DNA of 62,378 nucleotides, filler included, from Choristocarpus tenellus KU-1152 (lineage: Eukaryota > Protista > Phaeophyceae): NCBI GenBank assembly GCA_964200185.2. It is 12 parts of 12 records of this genome, joined end to end, with 100 filler letters (N's around TTAATTAATTAA, not from the genome) between each part and the next. Parts side by side here need not be neighbours in the genome. Positions count along the whole stretch, not along the records: positions 50,023 to 59,474 come from CAXNAD020003662.1; positions 59,575 to 62,378 come from CAXNAD020024609.1; 10 more parts are not named here. The stretch is one strand, 5' to 3'. This document shows positions 50,442 to 62,378 of the stretch, one piece after another (within the stretch, counting starts at the first letter, position 1; each line of letters opens with the position of its first letter). A program made the translations under genes and the position numbers. A model generated the notes under the pieces. It saw only the letters and a list, made by a program, of their open reading frames with translations. It was not told where the DNA came from and did not search any database.

Positions 50442-52657
50442 CTGTCCACAAGGCCGAGATCACCATATTCACATGCAAAATGCAGTGGCGTTTGCTTTAA
50501 ACCCTCCAATGCAGGTGGTCCACGTGCACTCCTCTTGTTCTCAGTACCCAACAATGTTCCTGCTGTCGTGCTAGCTGAGGCAGGATGAACTACTGATTCT
50601 TCCATGGAAACCCCACCATTAGCGTCAGTAAGAGTCAGTGGCTTGTTGACTTGCTCTGGACAGGGGGTCATTGCTGGGGTCATCCTTGGTGCTTGACGTG
50701 GCTTGAGGAACTGAGTAACCTGTAGGGCATTCTTTTGCTCAATGGGGTGGCGCTTGCAACAGAGCATGTCCAGACAGGCCCCATATGTGATGTGTTCATT
50801 AACAGAACACCCGTATCCAAATCCACACCACGGCCTCAGAAGCAAAGGAGGCGTAGGTCTGAGAAATGGATTGACAAGGTGTTGACACCAGTGCCGTCTC
50901 AATGACGGCTCAATGTTCGATTAGAGTCAATGCTAAATTGGTTACGGGTTGGAGGTTGGTAAGGGTTGTTGTTGGAGTGTTGATAGGGGGATCGAAGTAT
51001 TGGACATGAAAATATATTATGTACTGAGTGTCCATTTTTTGTTTGCTGTTTCTTAAAATTCAAAAGATTGCCAATAATACAGCAAGCAGTATCTCACCCT
51101 GACATCTCGTTATTGTTCAATCGACAATGAGGTTGAGAGAGAAATGTGCCAGCACAAGTATCTTCCTGGTATGCATTTTAGAATTAGGCAAAGAATATCT
51201 TGGTCTGTACCATTTTGTGGGCCCATGTTGTGTTTGTGTGTGATAGAGCATTACCATGGCCCACCTTGCCCATTCGCTTTCGAAATATGTTTGACAGCCA
51301 TTCCAAGCCATCGCCCTGGCTCTTTTTGCCCACTCTGTTGAGTTTACATTGTAGGCTCCAGGCCCTGGAACTTCATTTCCGTTGGTGAAACTGTTGTGCC
51401 CTTTAGGGAAACGATCCTGTTGTAAAATCCGGAATGTCACAGGTGCCTTCATCACACTATCCAGCTTCGGTTGATATATAGCCCCAGGGGTCTCACTAGA
51501 GAGACCAACTGCTACTGTCTTCACTCCAGATGTCTCTTGTCCTCGCATTGAGAAGCTGTGGACAATAGTTGATAATAGTTGTTTCACATACAATCAGTAA
51601 AATACGGTGAGGGGGGGGATCAATGCAAGAAGTCAAGACAACGGGGTGGTGTTTCCTTGCCGGAGTACCTTGGTGATACACATTCCCATATTTTCCTTCG
51701 AAAAACACCTGAAATTTTATTGCTATATGTAATGTTGTACTGGTTAAATGTCGTGCCCAGGGAAATGGCAACTATTTCTCAGATTTCATCTTTTTTTGTA
51801 TGTGCTTGACCAGAAGCAGTTTCTCCTCCTTGTCCAGGTTGAATAAAATCCACACCTCATGTAATAGTACAACCTTTCCTAACCTGGGCTTGGTTGGCAG
51901 AACAAGGTGGTCAGCCTGTTGAATTTGGTAGGTTCCCCCGCATGACGATGTCCCTCCTAATCCAACCTGATGCATACTAGAGGGAAATCTTCCCCCTGTG
52001 TAGAAGGAAAGCAGTGGATATATGCTTACATCGTACCAACGTCGCACACACCAGACTGAGGAGAACTTGGCACTTTTTTTGATTTTCATGGAACGGGGTA
52101 ACCCATGCAATACCTACTTGTATTACGCTCATGTAAATGGTACCTTTAGTAGTTGTTGTCTTGACATAATTTTCCGAAGATGGAAGGAGAGGTCGAACTC
52201 TGGCCTTGAAGTATCCATCTAGGAGATCATTTTCCCCTGGAAGTGACCTGAAAATGCTGACCTTTGAGCTGCCTCCAACCATTGACCCACGAAATGATGA
52301 AGTTGATCTACTCCTGTTGGGAGTACTTTTTCTTTGGGAATTTGTTTTTCTTCCAACACAAGCCCCACCTCGTTGAATTTTGGGGGACATGGTACATCTG
52401 GAGTGAGAAGATGTACCAGTAGTAGTCGCTCGAAACAGAGGGGCTTTGCCTGACTCGCGTAATCCAGATACCTCCGAAGCTCTTGATATATTTTCTGGTT
52501 GTGAATCTTGCAAATTACTGTCGGGTTCGCTATAGTCAACTTTTCGGCGGAACGACTTCTCATGGCAGCGTCTCTGCCATCTTCTCCAATAATCAGGACT
52601 ATACCTCATGGGGTTGCCTGACACACATGTTCTCCCCATTTTGTTGGTAAACCTCAT
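50442..52657 (-). CDS. Multi-exon protein with sperm-tail PG-rich (SHIPPO/ODF3-like) motifs followed by an ankyrin repeat
   Basis: Long first frame 52657-~52118, an exon at ~51555-51263 with ETPGAIYQP and EVPGPGAYNV, and an exon ending at 50442 with QTPLHFACEYGDLGLVDR|gt. Not all junction phases are resolved. Confidence 0.6.
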
Positions 52658-52887
52658 AGTATTTCAACCCTAGTGGTGGTGGCCTCTGGTTGTAAAGTCC
52701 TACTCTGTTCAGATCATTCCGTTTGTATCCACGACATTTCCATCACCAAGGCACGTCGAGATTATACTCTTCACTACCTTGAATTAGTTCTCGTCTTTGT
52801 AACACACAATATGTATAATTCCCCGCAGTATGGTTGGCTGGCGGTCTGGATTGTATTTTATCTGTATTCTTGTGTGACACAAGTCGA

Positions 52888-53223
52888 ATGAAACGCTCCA
52901 ATAGAGAAACATCCACTTCTGAGTATGAACGCCTCCACATTGATTTTGGCCATACACAAGAAAGACACCACAAGATGCCGCTACCACCTCCTCAACCGTG
53001 GGTACTTCCGTCCGCCAGAAAGCCGCTTGCGGTGGTGGCGGTGCTGATTGTGGTGTTGATGATTTGGAGATTCGTCCTCGGGGGCGGTGCATTGCCCCTG
53101 GGCTATATGCCCGGTGACCTACACTATGAAAGTGATGGCTTTAGTGTGCATTTCCCTTGGGCTTCCTGCATGCTAGTGTCCATTGGAGCCAACCTACTGA
53201 TGCGCCAGTTGCAGAGACGGTAG
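52888..53223 (+). CDS. Intronless DUF2905-like small membrane protein
   Basis: TM helix (LAVVAVLIVVLMIWRFVL), then LGYMPGDLHYESDGFSVHFPWASCMLVSIGANLL, matching the recalled DUF2905 signature LG.LPGD......F..YFP.....L.S..L. ATG at 52888 or 52975. Confidence 0.78.
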   Translation: MKRSNRETSTSEYERLHIDFGHTQERHHKMPLPPPQPWVLPSARKPLAVVAVLIVVLMIWRFVLGGGALPLGYMPGDLHYESDGFSVHFPWASCMLVSIGANLLMRQLQRR

Positions 53224-54324
53224 CAAAGGAGGACTTGTCACTTTAAAGGTCCGTTATTAAGTATAGCTGAGGAGGTACGATCTAAGCTTCTATCCATATC
53301 GAAATTGCAATGGTCCCATTCATCAAGAAATGCCTCGCCAATGTCAATGAAATAGTTACCGAGGTTGGAGAAAACGTAGATAGGTCCTGTCCTTCTGCCC
53401 TTCTCAGGCTACTGGACTAATAAATGGGCATACGGACGGTGGCAGGGCGGGAAGGTGTCATGAGGAGCTGTGGACTTCTCTGGTGTACGAACTCAATTTC
53501 GTTCAAGACTCGAGCATTTCCACCCCTGTGTGTGGAGAAAATTTTCTGGGTGGTGCGACTAGTACGCCGTTATCTTCCAGGGTCATTTGCGTTTACATGG
53601 ATGGATTATCTTGCTTTTTCTGGTGCAGGCAAACATTTTCCTGGATGGCTAAGATAGCTTGTATAGGGTTGTGGAGAGGGGAGAGGAGGAGGACAAGTTG
53701 CCAGGTTGGTGGTGCTGATAAGAATAATCGTTAAAGTAAGTGGGAATCCAAAACTGTTGTCAAGAACAATCTGATAAAGTTGTCCTACCCACTACTGAAT
53801 GACAGTGATTCAAGCTGTGGTCCACAACATAGACTTTGAGGTTGACGGCGGAGATATCGACTTTGTACCTCTCAGAGAGCGTGTTTTTGTTTCATGGCAT
53901 TTAGTAGGAAGATAAGGGGGGAAAGGAGGTGGGAGTATAGTCCTAGAGGGAGATGAGGAAAAGATGTAGCAAAGATGAAAGTCGCCTAGATCGTCACACT
54001 ATGCGTGGCCTTCAATCTTGGTGTTGCACCTTACATCCCAACCCAAGTCTGTCATAGTGTGTAGTATGCATTTACATGCAGTGGAACAAGTATAAGTAAA
54101 GCAAAGTTGACAATCCATACATAGCCTTAGCACTTCAGGTGACTGTTTTGCCCCTGTACAAATGAGGCCTAGTGATGAATTTCGTTTCCTGCACCTACCC
54201 CTTTTCGTTCCTGTTGCCAGCCCACACCACTGTATACCGTACATAGGTGTGGACTAGTGCCAAAGCAGAAGAATAGGTGTTCAGGGAGGCACCTCTTTCC
54301 ATGAGGTAATATGCAGATGTAAGC

Positions 54325-54510
54325 CTATGTTACATTCCTCCTAGTAGAAGATGTTTTCTCGAAGTTAGTCTTCAATATTCCCCAAGCATCACCTACGGTA
54401 GTTATTCCGAATGGTGGAGTGTGTTGGATTTTGGTGATTACAGTCCTTAAAGAAAGATTTGAGCCTTGTGCTGAGGTGGCAAAGGCTTGATATCGCTGTT
54501 GTGAAGTCAT
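54325..54510 (-). mobile_element. Possible Copia gag relic
   Basis: GDAWGILKTNFEKTSSTRR resembles the Copia gag AW..L...FE..S..R motif; nothing else conserved. Confidence 0.3.
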
Positions 54511-54742
54511 TTGAAGTAGTAGTGTTACCCAATGTATGTTCTGTTTAGGTAGCCCTCTGTCTGACGTTTTTCTGCTGTTGCGAGATTATAATAGGAGTGA
54601 TGTAGTTGTGGCATAGATTGATTTGGTGATGTTCGGTAGCTTTCAGTAGCTATTAGACAGCATTGTAGACTTAATTGATTTGACTTCTCCAAAGTGGGTC
54701 TAGAGGAGAGTGCCACACATATGTGCAAGATACGTTGAAGTC

Positions 54743-55087
54743 CACAGGGGAGATCCCCTCTCTTTTGGAGCCCCCACTCTCCTTGAGTACCCCTCACCAT
54801 GATTTTTTTTTTCACTTCTTAAAACAAAAGCTTTGGGTTATTTTTCACACACAGGTTTTGGTTAGGGTTAGGGTTGGAGTTAGATTATCGAAAATGAGTG
54901 TGCAAAAGTGAAAAGTGGTCGATCCTTGAGAGGTTGTGATTCCACAGGACACCAATTCTTCCAGAATGTTCCTTGGCTGGATAGGAATATTTTTCACACA
55001 CAAGTTAGGGTGAGGGTTAGAGATGGGGTTAGGTTTGCAAAGAGTGTACAGAAAATTGAAAAAGTATGACAGGGGGACTACCCTGTG
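54743..55087. mobile_element. Putative non-autonomous element with CACAGGG imperfect TIRs and two internal telomere-like tracts
   Basis: Ends CACAGGGGAGATCCCC / GGGGGACTACCCTGTG; internal duplicate ATTTTTCACACACA..GGTTAGGGTTAGGG..GAGTGT at ~54840 and ~54989; no TSD seen. Confidence 0.5.
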
Positions 55088-58000
55088 CATGCACGCAGCA
55101 TGCCTATGTTATTGGTATAGAATTATTCAAAGTATTTACACCGAAGTATGATGTTTTCATGTTGCTCATAATAGCCTTTTTGTTGTTGTATGTGTTGATG
55201 TTGGTGCAAAGGTGACTCTTAATTAAGAAGAAATGGGCCATACGCAGGTGGCACTTGGCTATAGGAGGAGGATTGTGTTGTGTTTCCAGATACAACATTT
55301 GCGTTGTTGTGCCGTTAGTACTCGAAGGACCATATTCTAACATTAAGTTTATAGCATCGTTGCTGCTCTGAAATGTGCTTGAGGTAAGTTCAATATTTTA
55401 GGCTACGGACAACCAGACTAACTGAAGGATGGGTACCTCGGAATCTGCCCTGGTGTGGAAGATAGAAGAATTACCACTTGAAGATTGCTGTGATGGGTGC
55501 CGATTTTGCCTGAGTTTATGCTTGTAGTGGTACATGCAAGATCAGACAACGCCCTTCGTTCGCTGCTTTTCTGAAGCATGTGCAATTCTAATCATAATAG
55601 TGCATTGCTACTGAGTTTGTATTGGCGAATGGACTGATAGGATGCACTTGCAGAGACTTGGCATCGCGGTGATTTCAATTGGAACAAAATGTGTATAGGA
55701 TATTTTCTGAACTGTGTTGGAGAAGTTTCAATCGATAGAGATATAAACGCTCTTAGGTCAAACTTAGAAGTTTTCTCATAGAAATGTGGGTGAATTGCAA
55801 GATATTGACTTAGAATGCAAATCAGCCAAGACCTGGGTACCTCTATTTTAATTTGGCTCTATGGTGTGAACTGAGAACACACATTTTCCTTTAGGAATTG
55901 ATCGGACTTAGGGGGTTCATCCATGACGTGTTCATACAAGTACCCAGGTGTATTTTGGACAACTTAGGGATCGGCCCAGAGTGTTTTGACCATGCCTGCC
56001 AGGTTCCAATATTTTTTTCAGGTCTAGTCAAGGGTAGTCAAAGCTTTGAAATGGGCTGACTGCAATCCAATATTTTCAAAAGACGGACCAGCTCAGGGTC
56101 ATCAGAAAGTTCATCAGGGTTTGGCCTCAAGCTGCCTTGGCACTATTATTTTGGTGGTTCTGCCAGGGTCATCAAGCACCTATTCGGTGTGGTTTGTAGG
56201 ACGGCCTACAGTCATGACCTGGACGGTGGCCACATAGACTGCCCTAACTGGTGAAACACCCTGACATCATTTGCATTTATTTTATGACACACGCAATCCA
56301 AAAGCCCAGCATAGTGAATTTAAAGGTCTGGTGAGTATGAATTGAACCACGAGGCAACCATTGAAGAGGTAGGCTGAATTGCATTTTAAGGATCCCGAGT
56401 AAAGGGAAAAATATTTCCTTTTGTACAATTGCACGTAGAGCCTTTGTGGAATTGTGGTGTCACTTGATGTTTGGAGAAGGGGTCTTCAATCTTGTGTGCA
56501 CTATTGTTGATGTAAAGCAATGAAATAGAGTGTATTGCACATGGTAAGAAAAATGACGTGGAGTGCTAAACCTGCCTAACTTTCAATTGGTTTGGCTTGT
56601 CAGGTGGAAACATTTTGATGTATTTTCTAGCAAACGAATGCATGCGTTTTGTTCGACATAGATTTTGGGTTGCAAAGGAAAATCCGTTTCAATGGAATAG
56701 TTCATCAAGACATTGAATTGAGTTTCCAGACTGTTTCGAGAGTGAGACTTGACACGGAGTGTTGCCCAGGCAATGCAAAACAGTGCATGCAGTAAACCGT
56801 GTGTGTTTGTGTTTGTGTGTTTTGTAAGTGTGGAATGTGTGAAAGTGCCTAATGAAAGGAAATGAGCACATTTGGGATTAGTCGGTGGCAGTGTTGCCAC
56901 CCACCATTGTGCGCTGCGAGCATTAAAGACCCCCCTGAACAGTGGAAAAGGGCCCTGCATGGAGGTAAATTTTGGGGGCACTTGGATATGGTTGCAATTT
57001 CCTACAGGGAGAGGGGCATGGTGTGGTGATTAAAGCACCTTAAGTTTTGGGTTTAGAGGCTGGCCTTGACCTAAGCTCAATGCCAGAGTTGAGTCTCCAC
57101 CCTTGGTATAGCTCCCCTTCAAAATATTACGGTTAACCTCCACAAAAGAGATAGGATCCTTGCATACATAGAGCTTTTGCACACATATGTTTTGTAGCAT
57201 CTTCCCATATCCCCTAAAGGAATACAACTCGCCCTTCAATTGTGGGTGGTGGCACCCACCAACCATGCACCAGGGCCCTATTGCTTGTTGCGTATTGCCG
57301 CACCCCTTTCATTTACCCCTCAATTTTTATGAACAACCCTGGTTGAGCGATGGATCCTGGTGAAGGGTCCTGGTGCTGGGCACTGACTATGTGGGTCCTC
57401 CATCACCCATAACTACTGAGTGCCTCTGATTTCTGATGAGAAGAACAGAAAAGTATATGCGGCAACAATTAAGTCTTTCAGTATTGGCACCGACGCCTTC
57501 ACTTTCAGTTGGTGGAATTTTTTTTTTTCGGTTCATATCGTCAGCAGCCCAGTCACTTTTTTCCATAATTGATGTACATTAATTGAAACCCACAAAATTC
57601 AAGCAAGTCAAATACGAAAATGGTGAGAGTTGTGAACTCGCACTGACTATAACTCCTTGATCTGAACTAACGACAACTAATTTTTAGACCGATTTTTCGG
57701 TAATTACAGGTGTTTTCCTCACGCTTAAAAACCTCAAAGAGTACTCCTGTTTGTATTGTGGGTGATGGCAACATCATATACACAGGGTATTTGCGATGTT
57801 GGCCTCAACATTTTTTCTCCTGTGGGGGGACCCTTCACCGTTTCAGAGACCTTATCCCCTCCAGGTATCCTGCTTGCCAGTCCTAGGTTATGCGCCATGA
57901 CCCAAATGATATATTGCGATTGATTGTCATGGTATGAAGTGATTGATCATATTGGTAAGTCCCAAAACCTCTTGATTCACAACTCTTAAGTATTGTTTTA

Positions 58001-58619
58001 TGTGTTTTTATGATATGGTTTAATTTCACTTTTTGTTTTTCCAGAATTCGTTGGTAAGGACTATTGTGTAAGACTCCCAAATAAGACTATTGTACTGGGA
58101 AGGTATGGAAGAACTGGCTCTACTCCAATCCCTGTGACACCACTGCTGGGATATAAGTCGCAAAACCTCTTGGTTCACAGTAACTGTAAATAGTGTTCCA
58201 TGGAATGATTTAGTTTTGTTTTGCAGAGGTCCTTGTATTTTTTTGTGTACAATGTGCAAGAGTCCCAAACAGGATTAGTGTGTTGGACAGGTAGGTATGG
58301 AAGAATTGGCTCCACTCTAGTACCTATGATGCCACTATTTTTTTAAGGGAACACAGATGAAACAAGGTGCACCTTGGTTATTTCAGTACAAAATGGTGTA
58401 GTAGGCCCAAAATAGTCTTCCCGAATATAACCAACATTGTTTTGTTACCGAAATATTAATGGTGCAACATATTGAACCTGCTTTTCCAAAAAAGAAACAC
58501 AAACCTACGTGTTCCTCTAAAAGGGGAGAGAGGGTCTGTTGGGATACTGTAGGAAGGGGGGCATAAAGACGTTTGAGACATAATATCTGTGACAGCACAG
58601 GTACCTATTTCGAAGAGGG

Positions 58620-58780
58620 TAATGCATTTTAAGCTGGAGACACCTGACGAGGAGGCACTAAGGGGTCTGACAGATTTTCTTCTCTCCCTCCTCGCCCACC
58701 TAGGCTAGGCTGGAAGGATATTGATGTAGATCCGACCACAGGTCAAGGGGCTAGGTAGGGGTGGTGGTACTAGAGAAGGT
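58620..58780 (+). mobile_element. Degenerate short 3' fragment of the CRE-like non-LTR element
   Basis: ATGCATTTTAAGCTGGAGACACC..CCTCCTCGCCC..GGCTAGGCTGGAAGG similar to the 38924 and 46391 copies. Confidence 0.55.
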
Positions 58781-59097
58781 ACATACTAGAAGTGACCAAA
58801 ATATCGTTTATTTTGTAAGATAGTGTGAAGAGTGGTTCGTAGAGAACAATCTATGACTAAACGCCTTGTTACAAACTTCTTAATTTTTTTAGAAGTCTTT
58901 TGAAAGTGACCACTTTTGTGTGTGTGTGTTTTTTTATCCTTGATTGTGGTCTTTTCCGTCCAGTAGCTTTTCCCTCTGTGGCAATCTTGCTTTTTTTTTA
59001 CAAAAACGCCGTAACAGTTATACAACAATGTACATATCAAATGAAAGGGTATGACAAGACCTTTTAAAGGTTTGTATCCACCAATGTCCTGGTGTAG

Positions 59098-59187
59098 GGC
59101 CACATCAAGGTGTCGGAGCAAGGGCGCTACGAGAGGCGTTTTGTTCTGGGCGTCGACGAGGACGTCCTTGCCAAGGTCAAAAAGTAA
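59098..59187 (+). CDS. Probable terminal coding exon of an unidentified gene
   Basis: tag|GGC..TAA encodes GHIKVSEQGRYERRFVLGVDEDVLAKVKK* with GC-rich third positions; upstream exons not resolved. Confidence 0.45.
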   Translation, partial: GHIKVSEQGRYERRFVLGVDEDVLAKVKK

Positions 59188-59574
59188 TTGCGCGAACACA
59201 CAGGAAGAAAGGGTTGGGAGGCTTTCCCCTCCCCTAAATCCTATACTTCAATCAAATAATAGTGCATCTGTTGCCACTCTTGGTGACCTACAACCCAGGG
59301 TTCGAATTCCAATATGAGCGCTCTTTCTTCAAAAAAAGGAAAAATGGCGAAGAAACCGAAGCCCGTAATCTGAAGGGCCTTGTGACGGGCATCGCGAATG
59401 TGCTCTTATTTTTTTAATCCGATGTCTATGTGAAAGTCTCAAATGTGCCAAGTTCTTTTTTGCTCAAGGGGGCANNNNNNNNNNNNNNNNNNNNNNNNNN
59501 NNNNNNNNNNNNNNNNNNTTAATTAATTAANNNNNNNNNNNNNNNNNNNNNNNNNNNNNNNNNNNNNNNNNNNN

Positions 59575-59625
59575 AACGGCCGCCTCCTCACAACCCCCCC
59601 CCCCCCCCCCCAGATATTTTGACCC
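59575..59625. mobile_element. MITE family B terminus
   Basis: C-run followed by CAGATATTTTGACCC. Confidence 0.6.
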
Positions 59626-62378
59626 ACTTACAAATCGATGCGTTTTCCCTAGTTGACAAATGGTGCGGATGGGAGAGGTAGTAGGTGTCTTCTCCAGCAT
59701 CATCACCACTTACTTGCATCACTGCTACTACTATAGTAGTTACATTTCTCTTTGGCGTACATGATGCATCTTTCGTGACCTTCATTGATGGTACGATAGT
59801 TACCAAATAGGTACCAGGCATTCCAACGATGTTTCGATACGTGTGCGTGTGTGTGTGTTCAGTTTCGCCCAAAAAGAAAACAGAACAATTAATCGATGAT
59901 GTTAGAAATAAACGATAAACTCGATACAAAACTCCTCAGATTATTTCAAACCGAGCAATCAATGATGAGAAGAGAATAATTTTGACTTTTGTGTCGAATG
60001 TAATCACCGTTTAAAAATCCATGACAAATGCACACACACATAAAAAACGCCCGTTAACCACTATGGCACCATCAATGATCAATCGCATATCTGCCCCCCT
60101 CTTTAATGTATTTCCACTCCCCTCTTGTACACTGTAACTCTTACGTAGCAAATGACAATAAGCACTGTAGGTATGACACAAACAATCATACACCAAGGAA
60201 AGCAGGAGGGGGGAAGAGGGTGGTAGTGCACAGTGAGCAGTGATTGCAATGTCTGAGCAAAACAAGGCAACAATCAATCGCTCAATATTGCACTCGGCGC
60301 AAAAAAGGAAGGTCATATTCCGATGACTACTATGATAGCTGAAAAATCACAATAGTCCTCAAATACATAGTGACCCATACCATTACCATCCTCCGGTGAA
60401 GAGGTCCTGTCAAACCTTCCAGTGATCCTGACCCCCCCCACAACACCAACTTACGAAGGCAAGCAAAGAAACAAACGATAAGCATGAGCAAAGTGACAAA
60501 AAGGGACTAGAAAGGATTAATAATGAATTGCTCTCCTATCTCTCTTGGCAGGTTGTAACACACACAAAACACGGACTGTCTACGAAAAAAAATCTTGAGC
60601 AAACAGATCAAACCACCAGCAGCACGCATTACAAAACACAGAACAGCAGGGCCGGCACAAAGATCCTGAGATGCTCCCCAGCAGACTCCTACCACTGTAG
60701 TATAGCAGCAACACACCTAATCTCTCAAAAGGTAATCAATTCCTAGCTTTGTCCCTAGGCGAAATTGTAACACTTAATGCTGCCATACACCTGTTTGGAC
60801 AAAAATAAATGCAGAGTGCTCTGTCATGCATATAATAAGAATCAAACACAATGTTACCAGTAGGAGATAAAAAAAAGGCCAAATACCTTTACCTTTACCT
60901 TTCCCCCTCCCCACCCCCCACTTCCCTACGACACACATCAATACCACCATCCTCTTCCTTCATCCCAATCAGTCTCTCATATCATCATCTGCACAACCAC
61001 AAACCCAACGCCAACCCAATGCACCACCTGTGGACATAACACTCCAGCAATCACTCAACTAGAATGGAAAAGAGAGAGACCAAACCACCACAACGCCTTG
61101 TCTCTTCTCCCCTCCCCCCCCCCCTCTCCCCACCTTCATCAACCCTCCCACTCTTGCCACCCTTCCTCCTACCTCCAAAACCTTCACCTCAAGCCACACC
61201 CACAGTCTTTCAATTCCTACAAGGATGAGGGCAAGCTGCCTTCCCCAATCTCCTGCCACCTCATCTTTGGGCTCAAAACCACTGCAAATATTGCTGTATT
61301 ATTGCTGTATATCATGAATAAATGAACAACACAACCCACAACCCTAACCATAAACCAGAGGAGCAGGTGGAAATAACCCTACAAAAAAAAACAGGGGTAC
61401 AACACACTCAAGACCAGCCTTTCCTAGTAACACAACACACAGGATAAGCCAACACCTGCCAAGTGTAAGGGCAGAGGGCGTATCATCAACCGTGTGGCTT
61501 ATTCCCCTTACATCATCCCACCACCGTTCCTATCAAGAATGAGGGAGGGGCAGGTTTCGCATGCGGTCCTTAACTAAAATCAGTTCAGAAAGCACACAAG
61601 GTAAGCACAAATACACAGCCCTCTCTGCCCACCCAAACCAGCTACAATCCCTCTTTCAGCACCTCCCACGCCGACATCGCATTACTCTACCCTCCTCCTC
61701 AACCCTCTTCTTCCTCCCTCTGACAAGCGCGCCCTCAACCTCAACCTTCAGGATCTCTGCCACATGGGGTCAGCAGCCCAGTACCTCCAACGTCACTTCA
61801 CTTTTCCAGAGACAGATAACAGTTAGACCTTGTCTGCTCACTGACAGCTGTGGCGGCACACTATCCCTGACCCAACACCATCCTACACCCTCCCCCCAGT
61901 CTCAGCAACCAAAAAGCACGTAGCTCACACCACCCTGTCTACCGGACCCATCATTTCCACTGCCACTCCAGAAAATAAGGTAAGTAATTTCGTTCAAGGC
62001 GAAGGGTAATAAAGAGTGCAAAACAACATGCCCTATACCCCTCCCCCTCCCCCCCTCCCCCCCTTGCTCAACACTGATGTCCTCTGAGGCTGCTCTCCTT
62101 CTACACCCCCATGAACATTACCTCTTACCGTCCCTCCACTCTCCGCTCTCACTTACTCTTTCCTTCCACCTGTTGTGACCCCACCCCAACTCCTCACGGG
62201 CTAACAAATCAAACAGGAAAAAACATACACAAATCGTTCGGACCCCAAACGGTTTTATCTCTGTCCTCCATTTTATTCCCCTTCAACAACTCCAGGTGAT
62301 GCCCCCCCCCCCGCCCCCCGCCCCCTCTGTCCCCAACTCCCTCAACATCAAGCAACCTCGTATTTGCCACTCAAATAA

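Noticed and set aside
53300-53460. Gypsy RT start motif (PSVCPFISPV..QKDRTY) on the minus strand
   Set aside because: Single short motif with stops; no downstream YxDD or other support
61660-61850. In-frame TGA in ..EVLGC*PHVAEILKV.. (minus strand) as selenocysteine
   Set aside because: No recognisable selenoprotein fold, no SECIS identified, and neighbouring exon candidates on this contig also contain stops
849-62299. Most 60-130 aa ORFs in the six-frame track
   Set aside because: They are antisense shadows of real exons, MITE-derived frames (e.g. GMSFALFVHLGLGF, AAVHLG) or low-complexity read-throughs

Overview
Eukaryotic, intron-rich, transposon-littered DNA. A brown-algal/stramenopile origin is my inference from the gene set, repeat types and TTAGGG-type repeats; I did not establish it. 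The window is not one contiguous locus: it is 12 contigs joined by 11 artificial 100-bp spacers (N44-TTAATTAATTAA-N44), so synteny across spacers cannot be assumed. Host genes readable from GT-AG exon structure are a multi-exon coiled-coil protein, a complete two-exon SDHAF1-like LYR protein, tRNA-Asn(GTT), an Sfi1-like Trp-repeat protein, a MEE44/TRF4-like nucleotidyltransferase, a tandem HMG-box protein, a PGP(SHIPPO)-repeat plus ankyrin protein, an intronless DUF2905-like membrane protein (a typically bacterial family) and a decayed DUF2009/UPF0652 gene. Mobile DNA includes a Copia gag-protease fragment, two DD39D-type mariner copies (one with both TIRs and TA TSD), RLE-bearing (CRE-like) non-LTR 3' fragments, a piggyBac-like relic, and about 20 copies of two related MITE families with shared terminal motifs and 4-bp TSDs (Sola-like). 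I see no CRISPR array, operon or clearly novel multi-gene system. The best leads are the DUF2905 candidate horizontal transfer, the MITE pair and a duplicated 72-nt exon. Family assignments come from recalled motifs, not database searches.
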